Assembly (NCBI GenBank): GCA_043750125.1 | Contig: JAYVCD010000334.1 | Coordinates: 1-37,482 of the forward strand | Length of the DNA stretch: 37,482 nt | Direction: 5' to 3' | DNA from: Archangiaceae bacterium | GTDB taxonomy: Bacteria > Myxococcota > Myxococcia > Myxococcales > Myxococcaceae | In this document: positions 7,790 to 15,923 of the stretch, one piece after another | Layout: every line of letters starts with the position of its first letter | Numbering within the stretch: the stretch's first letter is position 1 | Program-made: the position numbers and the translations under genes | The notes under the pieces: model-generated | Database searches by the model: none | Told to the model about the DNA's origin: nothing | What the model saw: only the letters and a program-made list of their open reading frames with translations

Positions 7790-9001
7790 TCAAGCCAGCT
7801 TGACCACCGCAGTCAGGACACGCTTGGTGTCGCGGACGAACGGATTTTGCTCGTCGAGAACGTACCCACCGAGCACCGCAGTGATCGCGCGCTTGATCGA
7901 TTCGGGCTTGTTCTTGTGCATCAGGACCTTCTGCAGCTCGCCGGTGTACCAGGCGTGGACGAAGACCTTGAAGACGTTGACCGCGCGGTCCATCACCGCG
8001 GTGTAGTCGGTGTTCCAATCGACCGTCTCGCCGGAGAGCTGACGATGGGCGAGCTTCGCGGCGCGGGAGGAAGACTCGAGCGCGAGGGTGACGCCCGAAG
8101 AGAAAATGGGGTCGAGAAATTCGCTCGCATTTCCGGTCAGCGCCCAGCCCGGACCATGGAACTGAGTCACCGAAGCCGACCAGCCTTCCAGCCGCGCGGT
8201 CTTCAGCACCGGAATCGCCTTGCTCAGCCGCCCGTGGGTGTTGGGATCTTCGGCCAGCAGGTTGATCAACCGCTCGCGGTCGGTGCTTCCGGCGGACTCG
8301 AGCATCGCGCGCTCGGCGACCATTCCGACCGAGGTGCGCCCGTTGCTGAACGGAATGATCCACGTCCAGGGTCCGCGGGGGTGAATGCACGCCCAGATGT
8401 CCCCTTCTTCGGGACCCACTGGACGAACGTCGCCTTCGAAGTGGTTGAAGATGGCGACGCGGGGCCCAAGCGAAGGCTCCTTCTCGAGCTTGAGCAGCTT
8501 GGGAAGGACTCTGCCGTAGCCCGAGCAGTCGATGACGAACTTCGCTTCCACCGTCCACTTCGCACCGGTCTCTACGTCGGTCACCTGGACGAGGCTCTGG
8601 GTGCCGTTGAACTCGATGGTGTCGACGCGCTGCTGAAAACGAATGTCGGCGCCATACCGCCGCGCCTGCGTGGCCAGGGTCTGATCGAAGTCTGAGCGGG
8701 GAACCTGCATCGCCGCAGGACGCTGGCCGGGAAACATGTCAGCGAACGAAAAGCGCTCACGCATCGGGCCCTGAAGGAACAGCGCCGCCGGCTTCGGCAT
8801 GTAGTTGCGCGCGTGCACGGCAGCGAGCAGACCCGCCTCTTCCAGAATGTCGTTGCATCGGGGCAGCAGCGATTCACCGATTTGAAAGCGGGGAAACACA
8901 CCTGCTTCGAGGCACAAGACCTGCCGCCCGAGGCGGGCGAGCATGGCGCAGGCAGTGGAGCCTGCGGGGCCAGCTCCGATGATCAGGATGTCAGTCTTCA
9001 T
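7790..9001 (-). CDS. FAD-dependent oxidoreductase, flavin-dependent halogenase family
   Basis: GAGPAG, FPRFQIGESLLP, WTWIIP (WxWxIP) and FLDPIFSSG. Confidence 0.88.
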   Translation of the reverse strand: MKTDILIIGAGPAGSTACAMLARLGRQVLCLEAGVFPRFQIGESLLPRCNDILEEAGLLAAVHARNYMPKPAALFLQGPMRERFSFADMFPGQRPAAMQVPRSDFDQTLATQARRYGADIRFQQRVDTIEFNGTQSLVQVTDVETGAKWTVEAKFVIDCSGYGRVLPKLLKLEKEPSLGPRVAIFNHFEGDVRPVGPEEGDIWACIHPRGPWTWIIPFSNGRTSVGMVAERAMLESAGSTDRERLINLLAEDPNTHGRLSKAIPVLKTARLEGWSASVTQFHGPGWALTGNASEFLDPIFSSGVTLALESSSRAAKLAHRQLSGETVDWNTDYTAVMDRAVNVFKVFVHAWYTGELQKVLMHKNKPESIKRAITAVLGGYVLDEQNPFVRDTKRVLTAVVKLA

Positions 9002-9007
9002 GGTTTT

Positions 9008-9667
9008 TCAGAACGCGAGTCCGAGGCCGATCTTTACCGCAGGTGAACCGATTTCCGCCCGCAACGAGAGAACGTTGTTGATCTTGAAGAGCACCCCGAC
9101 GTTGGCGATGATCACCGGGTAGGGGTTCACGTAGCCGCTGTTGAAGAATAAGCCGAGTCCGAGTCCGAGCTTTGCGTACGCCTCAAGCTTCGGGAAGACG
9201 TGGAAATTCCAGCGCGCTTCGGCCGCAGGAATGGTGAGGGCAAAACCGAGCCCATACCCGTACCCACCGACGACGAAGATGGTGTCGGCGCCGAACTCGA
9301 TCCCGAACGAATCGTTGAGCATCGGCAAGAATCCTTCCGCGACGATGGGAAGGTAGAAGCGCGCGCCGAGCCCGAAATTGAAGACGCCGTAGTAACCGGT
9401 GTAGCCATAGCCGTAGCCGTAGCTGACGCCGAAGGGCACTCCGACGAAGAAGCTGACCATCGGGTGACGAACGTGGCCGGTGCTTTTGTCGAGCAACGAG
9501 TTCTGACCTTTGATCGACCACTCGCCGCTGGTGGGGCTGTCGATCGAGCCCGTCTCTTCAAGAGGCGGCGGGGGAGGCGGCGGGGGCGGCGGACTTTCGG
9601 AGGCAATGGCAGTCAACGCCGTGGTGAGAAAGACGAAAAGCAAAAGACCGTTGAGGTTCCGACGCAT
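9008..9667 (-). CDS. Putative small outer-membrane beta-barrel protein
   Basis: Signal peptide MRRNLNGLLLFVFLTTALTAIA, 10-Pro run, amphipathic strands, C-terminal GLGLAF. Confidence 0.7.
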   Translation of the reverse strand: MRRNLNGLLLFVFLTTALTAIASESPPPPPPPPPPLEETGSIDSPTSGEWSIKGQNSLLDKSTGHVRHPMVSFFVGVPFGVSYGYGYGYTGYYGVFNFGLGARFYLPIVAEGFLPMLNDSFGIEFGADTIFVVGGYGYGLGFALTIPAAEARWNFHVFPKLEAYAKLGLGLGLFFNSGYVNPYPVIIANVGVLFKINNVLSLRAEIGSPAVKIGLGLAF

Positions 9668-9755
9668 GGCTGAGCCCCTATTCTTTCCGGTGAGGTGCAA
9701 GCGACCAGCGACTATACGACTGCAGTAGGCGCCGGAAGGGAAAAGACGAGGGCCG

Positions 9756-10403
9756 ATGACCGAAGCGACGCGAAGATTATTTGTTGCCGGCAGTACCGGA
9801 GCCACCGGAAAGGTCCTGGTTTCCATGGCCGAACGGCTGCAGATCGCAGCTGTACCTCACGTGCGCCCAGCGAGCGCGAGGTCGGGTGTTCAACCGTCGG
9901 CGGCGATCTTCGATTTGGCGGACACACCGAAGCTGATTGCAGCCCTGCGCGGCTGCACCACCGTGGTGCAGTTGATCGGCACGATGCGAGATCGCTTCGA
10001 GCGGGGCGACACGTACGAGACCAGCGACATCGGGACGACCGTGCAGTTGATCGCCGCGGCCCAGCAGGCGGGCGTGGATCATCTGGTGCTGTTGAGCTCG
10101 GTTGGAGCCGGTCGCCCGGTCGGCGCCTATCTCAATGCAAAGGCCAAAGCGGAGTCGTTGGTTCGTGACAGCGGAATTCCGTGGACGATTTTCCGGCCCT
10201 CTGCGCTGGAAGGGGGCGAACGAAAGCCCATACCTGGAGCGAAGAGTTTGTTGCGTCTGCTCGGGCTCAAGTCCTTCGAGCCGATCGCTCTCGAGGACCT
10301 TGCTGCGGCCCTGCTTCAGAGCGCCGTCGACCGCGCGCCGCTTGGAGCGGTTCTTCAAGGCGCGTCCTTGTGGCAAAAAGTCGCGCAGGCCCGCCGACCT
10401 TAA
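9756..10403 (+). CDS. NAD(P)H-binding atypical SDR/epimerase-family protein
   Basis: VAGSTGATG Rossmann motif, YLNAK (YxxxK) and WTIFRPS. Confidence 0.85.
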   Translation: MTEATRRLFVAGSTGATGKVLVSMAERLQIAAVPHVRPASARSGVQPSAAIFDLADTPKLIAALRGCTTVVQLIGTMRDRFERGDTYETSDIGTTVQLIAAAQQAGVDHLVLLSSVGAGRPVGAYLNAKAKAESLVRDSGIPWTIFRPSALEGGERKPIPGAKSLLRLLGLKSFEPIALEDLAAALLQSAVDRAPLGAVLQGASLWQKVAQARRP

Positions 10404-10410
10404 GCACGGC

Positions 10411-10460
10411 CGGAGCACTGGGCCGCCGGGTGCGCGCCGACCCGGCGGTGACCCACTCCG
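10411..10460. other. Extended GC-rich hairpin downstream of the SDR gene
   Basis: CCGCCGGGT/ACCCGGCGG (10423-10431/10440-10448), flanked by TGGG/CCCA and CGGAG/CTCCG; no U-tract. Confidence 0.45.
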
Positions 10461-10551
10461 AGGAACAAATCCAGAAACTGGAGCATCTGCGCGCATCCAC
10501 AACCGTGGACGATCGAGACGGGGGACGCGAGGTTCTCCTCTGAAAGGGTGC

Positions 10552-10567
10552 GGGCACATCGATTGCT
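10552..10567 (+). promoter_or_regulatory. Putative sigma-54 (-24/-12) promoter of recA
   Basis: GGGCAC-ATCGA-TTGCT versus consensus TGGCAC-N5-TTGCW; exact GG-N10-GC spacing; 48 nt before the ATG. Confidence 0.65.
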
Positions 10568-10615
10568 CAACCCGGCGTGAGCGTGGAATTTCCCACGCGT
10601 TTCATCGGGGGGCGC

Positions 10616-11638
10616 ATGAGCAAGATGAGCGATAAGTTGAAGGCGGTCGCGGCGGCAGTGGCGGCAATCGAGAAGCAGTTCGGACGCGGGGCGGTGATGC
10701 AGCTGGGCGATGCAGAGCCCCAGGCGATCGCCGTCATTCCGTCAGGCTCGGTGGCACTTGATCGCGCATTTGGAGTCGGCGGTTTTCCGCGCGGACGCGT
10801 CGTCGAGATATTCGGAAACGAATCGTCGGGGAAGACGACGCTCGCGCTGCACGCGATTGCTCAGGTCCAGGCGCAGGGAGGCGTCGCGGCCTTCATCGAT
10901 GCCGAGCACGCCCTGGACATCACCTACGCGCGCAAGCTCGGGGTCCGAATCGAAGAGTTGCTCATTTCACAGCCGGACACGGGCGAACAAGCGCTCGAGA
11001 TTACCGAGCAGTTGGTGCGTTCGGGCGCAGTCGACTTGATCGTCATCGATTCGGTCGCAGCCCTCGTTCCGCGCGCCGAGATCGAAGGCGAAATGGGCGA
11101 TGCGCATATGGGCCTGCAAGCACGGTTGATGAGCCAGGCGCTGCGAAAGCTCACGGGAGCGGTGAGTCGATCCGGGACCTGCATCATCTTCATCAATCAG
11201 ATCCGGATGAAGATTGGAGTCGTCTTCGGCAACCCTGAAACCACCACCGGAGGAAACGCGCTCAAATTCTACTCCTCGGTGCGCTGCGAAATCCGCCGCA
11301 CTGGCAACATCAAGGAGGGCGATGTCATCGTCGGCAGCCGGACCCGCGTGAAAGTGGTGAAGAACAAGTGCGCGCCCCCGTTCCAGGAGGCCGAGTTCGA
11401 CATCATCTACAACCAGGGCATCAGTCGCGCCGGTGAAGTGATCGACCTCGGTTCGACCCTGGGGATGATCGAAAAATCGGGGTCGTACTTCACCCTCGGC
11501 GAGCAGAGCATTCAGGGCCGCGCTCAGGCGATCGAATACCTCAAGGCGAATCCGGCCCTGCTCGAGGAACTGGCTGCCCGGATCATTCAAGCGCCCAAAG
11601 CGGCACTGGTGGTGGTGGCCGCGCAGGAAGCGGCGTGA
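10616..11638 (+). CDS. recA: Recombinase RecA, myxobacterial RecA1-like paralog
   Basis: Walker [28 protein letters not shown] and GGNALKFY; the N-terminus [23 protein letters not shown] resembles M. xanthus RecA1 as I recall it. Confidence 0.97.
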   Translation: MSKMSDKLKAVAAAVAAIEKQFGRGAVMQLGDAEPQAIAVIPSGSVALDRAFGVGGFPRGRVVEIFGNESSGKTTLALHAIAQVQAQGGVAAFIDAEHALDITYARKLGVRIEELLISQPDTGEQALEITEQLVRSGAVDLIVIDSVAALVPRAEIEGEMGDAHMGLQARLMSQALRKLTGAVSRSGTCIIFINQIRMKIGVVFGNPETTTGGNALKFYSSVRCEIRRTGNIKEGDVIVGSRTRVKVVKNKCAPPFQEAEFDIIYNQGISRAGEVIDLGSTLGMIEKSGSYFTLGEQSIQGRAQAIEYLKANPALLEELAARIIQAPKAALVVVAAQEAA

Positions 11639-11793
11639 CCACCCGCTGGCTCTGGGCGGTGGGTGCCCTGTTGTGCGCCCAGCTGTTGGCCCCCCAAGTC
11701 GAGCGAGCAGCTCGGGCTCCGGTGGCCCGCGAGCTCCGACGACTGTCCGCACCCCGTCCGGCACCTGTTACCAGGCTGGCCCGTCAGGACTGA
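11635..11793 (+). CDS. Putative 52-aa protein coupled to recA (not in the ORF track)
   Basis: GTG overlaps the recA TGA; AGGAAG at 11625-11630; [52 protein letters not shown]. Confidence 0.45.
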   Translation: MTTRWLWAVGALLCAQLLAPQVERAARAPVARELRRLSAPRPAPVTRLARQD

Positions 11794-12260
11794 GGCGACG
11801 CGAGAAGCGGAGTCGGCCAGCGTTTCTCACCGGCGCGCAGCACCAGGCTTTCGCCTTCCAGCTCGAGCATCGTGCCGAGGGCGAACTGGGCGTCGCGTGA
11901 GAACCGGGCTTTGGCAAGGCCGCGCTTCACTCTGACGGTCAGCACTCCTTCCCCATCGAGTGCCAGGCTGGTCGGCTCGAGCCACTCGGCAGTGCGATCG
12001 GACAGGCGAACAGAAATCCGAGCCTCGGCTGATACATCGACCGCCAGAACTTCGAACGCAGCGTCTTCGACCGCGACGAAGCACCAGTCGCTGCCGATTT
12101 CGAGCTTGAAGCGCCCGTCTTCAGTGAGCCGCAAGCCCTGGTTGAAGGCCTCGATGATCCGCGGGTGCTCTACCAACTGGTCGTCGTGAAACCAGCGCAT
12201 TCGGCGATCGAGCCGAATTCCGCTCTCTTCGCGCGTATGCATTTTTTTCGTTTCAACCAC
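11784..12260 (-). CDS. DUF1285-like hypothetical protein
   Basis: SGIRLDRRMRWFHDD...WCFVAVEDAAF...ARFSRDAQ; start GTG 12260 or ATG 12242. Confidence 0.75.
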   Translation of the reverse strand: MVETKKMHTREESGIRLDRRMRWFHDDQLVEHPRIIEAFNQGLRLTEDGRFKLEIGSDWCFVAVEDAAFEVLAVDVSAEARISVRLSDRTAEWLEPTSLALDGEGVLTVRVKRGLAKARFSRDAQFALGTMLELEGESLVLRAGEKRWPTPLLASPQS

Positions 12261-12265
12261 GCTGC

Positions 12266-13801
12266 CTACCAGCCTCGCACCAGCTCTGTGTAACCGCGGA
12301 ACCCGACTGCGCCCCAGAAATTGATCAGCACTCCCAGGCCGGCCAGCACAGCGACCTTCGGTTGCTTCAGGCTCCACGCGCTGACTGCGAACAGCAACAA
12401 GATGTACACGGTGTAGTCGAGGCTGAAGCGGAACCCGAACTGGGCATAACCGGTGTTTTGATAAAACAGACCGGGAAGCGCGCAGGCCGCGACGGTGAGG
12501 GCGAGCGGAACTTTGAGCCGCGAAGGCTGGTCGTCATCCATCCACAATGAGGCTTGAATGAAGAGCGCGGCTGCGAACGCAAACCAGACGAGGCTCGAGC
12601 GGGCGCCGAGCGCGGCGCCTGCTTCAGCGGGAAACATCGCGGACACCACGAGCGGCAAGATCGCGGATCCCACCGCCAGCGCGTACGAGCGCGGCTTGTG
12701 GGCCCCGGCAAAAACCAGCGCCAACAAGGGCAACGTCAGCAACAGCGACAGCCCCCACGGGTCGTACGAGAGGGTCCACGGCGAGGCCGTCAGTCGGGGC
12801 AGCTTGAGGAACGCCGCTTCGAGGTTGCGGCCCAGGTAGGCGAAGTTGAACAGCCCGAGGGTGTCGATGTCCTGGTTGACGCGGTTCTCATAGAAGAACC
12901 GATGGCCGAATTCGCCGAAGCTGCCAAAGCGCACCTTGTTGAACATCGCCGCCAACAGCCCCAACGGAGCCGCCCCGGCGGCAAACAGCCCCAGCTTGCG
13001 GCCGACCCCAGAGAAGTTCTTCGAAAGCTGCTTCAGCTCCTCGATTCGTTTTCCACGCGTCGGAGCGACGACTTCGAACACGAAAAAAATCCCGGTGAAC
13101 AGCAGCGGGGTCCGCGTCATCACCGCCATTGAGAAAAACAAACCGGCCAGCAGCGGTCGTCGCGCCCGCAGCGCGTTTCGCGCGTACAGACAGGTAAACG
13201 CGACCCCCATCACTTCGGCCGAGAACCACACCTCACCGCGAATCGCGCAGTAGAAAAACACCGTTCCGAAAGCGAGCAGCAGCGCGAGGGCCACATGCTC
13301 CCGGGGATCCTCGTCCATCGCTTCCTGGGTCGCGACCAGCCGCACCAACGAATAGAAGAGCGCGACTGCGAGCGCCGCCCACAGCACTCCGAAAGAAGTG
13401 TCGTTGAACTGGTAGCCATTCACGGCGACGAACGGCAGCATCACCACCGCGGGGAACGCCGGAAAGCTGGAATACCATTTGTCGGTGGGCAGCAGCGGGC
13501 GGGTGCAGCGCGTCGGCACTGCGTCCACCTGGCGCACGCAGGCCCAGTCTTCGATGTTCGGCAACACCTGGGGGTCGATGTCGAGCCGCCCTTCGAGAAA
13601 GGCCTGCGCCTGGTACACGAAGTGCGGCGCGGCGCTCTGCCGCAAGAACCGCTGCGACGAGAAGAACGAGAGCACTCCAAAAGTGATCACGAACAACAGC
13701 AGCTCGATCCGGTAGGCAGAAGTGAACAACCTCAGCGCGGTCACCAGGGGGTGCGACTGAGCATCAGCCACGGGGGACGCGGGGGGCGCGGCCTCACTCA
13801 T
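12266..13801 (-). CDS. Polytopic membrane protein, possible GT-C-fold glycosyltransferase
   Basis: ATG 13801 overlaps the cinA TGA; about 12 hydrophobic helices, a long first loop, and C-terminal GYAQFGFRFSLDY. Confidence 0.75.
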   Translation of the reverse strand: MSEAAPPASPVADAQSHPLVTALRLFTSAYRIELLLFVITFGVLSFFSSQRFLRQSAAPHFVYQAQAFLEGRLDIDPQVLPNIEDWACVRQVDAVPTRCTRPLLPTDKWYSSFPAFPAVVMLPFVAVNGYQFNDTSFGVLWAALAVALFYSLVRLVATQEAMDEDPREHVALALLLAFGTVFFYCAIRGEVWFSAEVMGVAFTCLYARNALRARRPLLAGLFFSMAVMTRTPLLFTGIFFVFEVVAPTRGKRIEELKQLSKNFSGVGRKLGLFAAGAAPLGLLAAMFNKVRFGSFGEFGHRFFYENRVNQDIDTLGLFNFAYLGRNLEAAFLKLPRLTASPWTLSYDPWGLSLLLTLPLLALVFAGAHKPRSYALAVGSAILPLVVSAMFPAEAGAALGARSSLVWFAFAAALFIQASLWMDDDQPSRLKVPLALTVAACALPGLFYQNTGYAQFGFRFSLDYTVYILLLFAVSAWSLKQPKVAVLAGLGVLINFWGAVGFRGYTELVRGW

Positions 13802-15057
13802 CGGGGTGCTCCTTTGAGCGCGCGGCGCAGCGATTCCATCGCTGTCCACGCTGCGAACTGTTGGACTCTGTCTCGATCTTCGGTGAAGGCGTAGTGGTGG
13901 CGTTCGACCGCCGGGGGTTGATCGCCCTGCGCCACAGCCAGGTAGATGGTCCCGACCGGGTTGCGTGCATCGCCGCCCGTCGGGCCGGCATAACCGGTGA
14001 CCGACAGACCCCAATTGGCGTTGAGCTCGGTGCGAGCGCCTTGCGCCATCTGGCTGGCCACTTCTGCAGACACGGCGGTGTGCGCGGCGAGCGTTGAAGG
14101 CTTCACTCCCAGCCAGTGTTCCTTTGCGCTCTCGCGGTAGGCGACCGCGCCGCCGATCAACCAATCGCTGGCTCCGATTTCGGCGGTCATCGCCGCGAGA
14201 ATTCGACCCCCGGTGCAGGACTCTGCGATCGCCACCGTCTCGCCGCGGGACTTCAGCAGCACCCCGATCGCTCCTGCGAGGCTTTGGTCCCCTTCGGCAA
14301 AGATGCAGTCTCCCAACACTTGGCGGCTGGCGGCTTCGGCGGCGTCGAGCGCCCCCTGGGCGGAGGCAAGGTCTGCATCGACCGCGAGCAGCTTGAGGTG
14401 ATTCTCGGGAGCATGGGTGCGAAAGCCGAACGTCACCTTCGGGTGCTGGGCGAACAGGGGCCGCATCTTCGCGTCGAGGTGGGACTCGGCCAGCCCGATG
14501 GTCTTGAGCACCTTGAGCAGCGCGTAGCCGGTGTGGCCCGAAAGCGACTTCAGCCGCGGCAGCACTTCGGTCTGAACGAGGTGGACATATTCCTTCGGTA
14601 CCCCGGGCACGAACAGCAGCGTGCAACGCCCCACGACGAGGACCAACATCGGCGCCGAGCCCATCGAATTGATCACCACCTGCGCCCCCCGGGGGACCAA
14701 CGCCTGTCGCAGGTTGTTGAGCGTCATCGCATACCCGCGCGATCGGAACCGTTCCTCGAGATGTTGGCGGGCGCCCAGGTGCTCTTCGAGCGGAACATTC
14801 GCCAATCGAGCCGCACACTCGGCGGTGTAGTCGTCCGCGGTGGGGCCCAGGCCCCCCGAGACCAGCACCGCGTCACTGCGCGCGGCCGCCTGCGCGAGCA
14901 CTTCGACAATTTCGTCCGGGACATCGCCGACGACGGTGTTGCGCGCAACGGTGAGCCCCAGCGTCTCGAGCAGCCGCGTCTGGAAAAAACGGCTGTTGGT
15001 GTCGATGGTGAGCCCGGTCAGCAGCTCGTCACCGGTGCAGACGGTCTCGATGCGCAC
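13798..15057 (-). CDS. cinA: CinA protein (MoCF-like N-domain plus NMN deamidase PncC domain)
   Basis: GDELLTG, GGLGPTADD, PGVPKE, AESCTGG and SVTGYAGP. Confidence 0.93.
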   Translation of the reverse strand: MRIETVCTGDELLTGLTIDTNSRFFQTRLLETLGLTVARNTVVGDVPDEIVEVLAQAAARSDAVLVSGGLGPTADDYTAECAARLANVPLEEHLGARQHLEERFRSRGYAMTLNNLRQALVPRGAQVVINSMGSAPMLVLVVGRCTLLFVPGVPKEYVHLVQTEVLPRLKSLSGHTGYALLKVLKTIGLAESHLDAKMRPLFAQHPKVTFGFRTHAPENHLKLLAVDADLASAQGALDAAEAASRQVLGDCIFAEGDQSLAGAIGVLLKSRGETVAIAESCTGGRILAAMTAEIGASDWLIGGAVAYRESAKEHWLGVKPSTLAAHTAVSAEVASQMAQGARTELNANWGLSVTGYAGPTGGDARNPVGTIYLAVAQGDQPPAVERHHYAFTEDRDRVQQFAAWTAMESLRRALKGAPR

Positions 15058-15070
15058 GGCGAGGCAGGTA

Positions 15071-15901
15071 CTACAGGACTTCGCTGTCGTCGATGTCGTT
15101 GGCGTCGCTGGCGTCTTCGTCTTCGTCGAGCACGTCCGCCGCCGCGGTCGCGCGCCGCTGCTTCACGTAGCGGGTGAGCAACACCGCCGATTCTCCCAGG
15201 CCAAAGACCAGGTACCCCGAAAAATAGGCGACCAGCACCCACGCCGGGTGCGACTGGGTCGCGATCAAGATTCCGGCCCCGATGATCGCCGCCGCAATCA
15301 CCGCCGATTTCCTCGACAGCTTGAGGTCCTTGAACGTGCGGTAGCGCACGGTCGAGACCATCAGCAGCGAGAGGAACACCATCGCGACCGCGACCGGAAT
15401 CCGGGCGACCTCGGGCAAGGGCCCCCCCTGGGCGGCGTACTGGGCGATGACCATCGAAATGACGACGCCTGCCGCAAGCGGAATGGGCAGACCGACGAAG
15501 AAGCCCGAAGAGCCACCGTGGCTGCTGTTCTGCGCGAGGACGTTGAACCGCGCCAGCCGCAGCGCTCCGCAGGCCGCGAACATGAAGCTGATGAAGATCC
15601 CCCAAAAGCCCATCGGCTGAAGGGCCCAGCGCCAGACCAGCATTCCCGGAGCGACCCCAAAGCTGATGACGTCCGCCAGGCTGTCGAGCTCCATTCCGAA
15701 CTGACTTTGCGTTTTGGTGAGCCGCGCCACCCGGCCGTCGAAGCCGTCGAAGAAGATGCCAAAGAAGATTGCCAGTGCCGCCTGATAGAGGTGGGCAGGC
15801 GTGGCTTCACCCGAGCACAAGGTGAGCGCGTAGAAGCCGCAAAAGATGGATGAGACGGTGAAGAGGTTCGGCAGTACGAACATCAACTGGCGCAGCTTCA
15901 T
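15071..15901 (-). CDS. pssA: CDP-diacylglycerol--serine O-phosphatidyltransferase
   Basis: LPNLFT, CDP-alcohol transferase motif DGFDGRVAR...GMELDSLAD, RLARFN and FVGLPIP; acidic tail. Confidence 0.93.
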   Translation of the reverse strand: MKLRQLMFVLPNLFTVSSIFCGFYALTLCSGEATPAHLYQAALAIFFGIFFDGFDGRVARLTKTQSQFGMELDSLADVISFGVAPGMLVWRWALQPMGFWGIFISFMFAACGALRLARFNVLAQNSSHGGSSGFFVGLPIPLAAGVVISMVIAQYAAQGGPLPEVARIPVAVAMVFLSLLMVSTVRYRTFKDLKLSRKSAVIAAAIIGAGILIATQSHPAWVLVAYFSGYLVFGLGESAVLLTRYVKQRRATAAADVLDEDEDASDANDIDDSEVL

Positions 15902-15923
15902 GGGGCCGAGCACCTTATCAGCC

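Noticed and set aside
12266..14818. 850-aa version of the membrane protein
   Set aside because: The first 339 codons are an off-frame shadow of cinA; the ATGA overlap marks the start at 13801.
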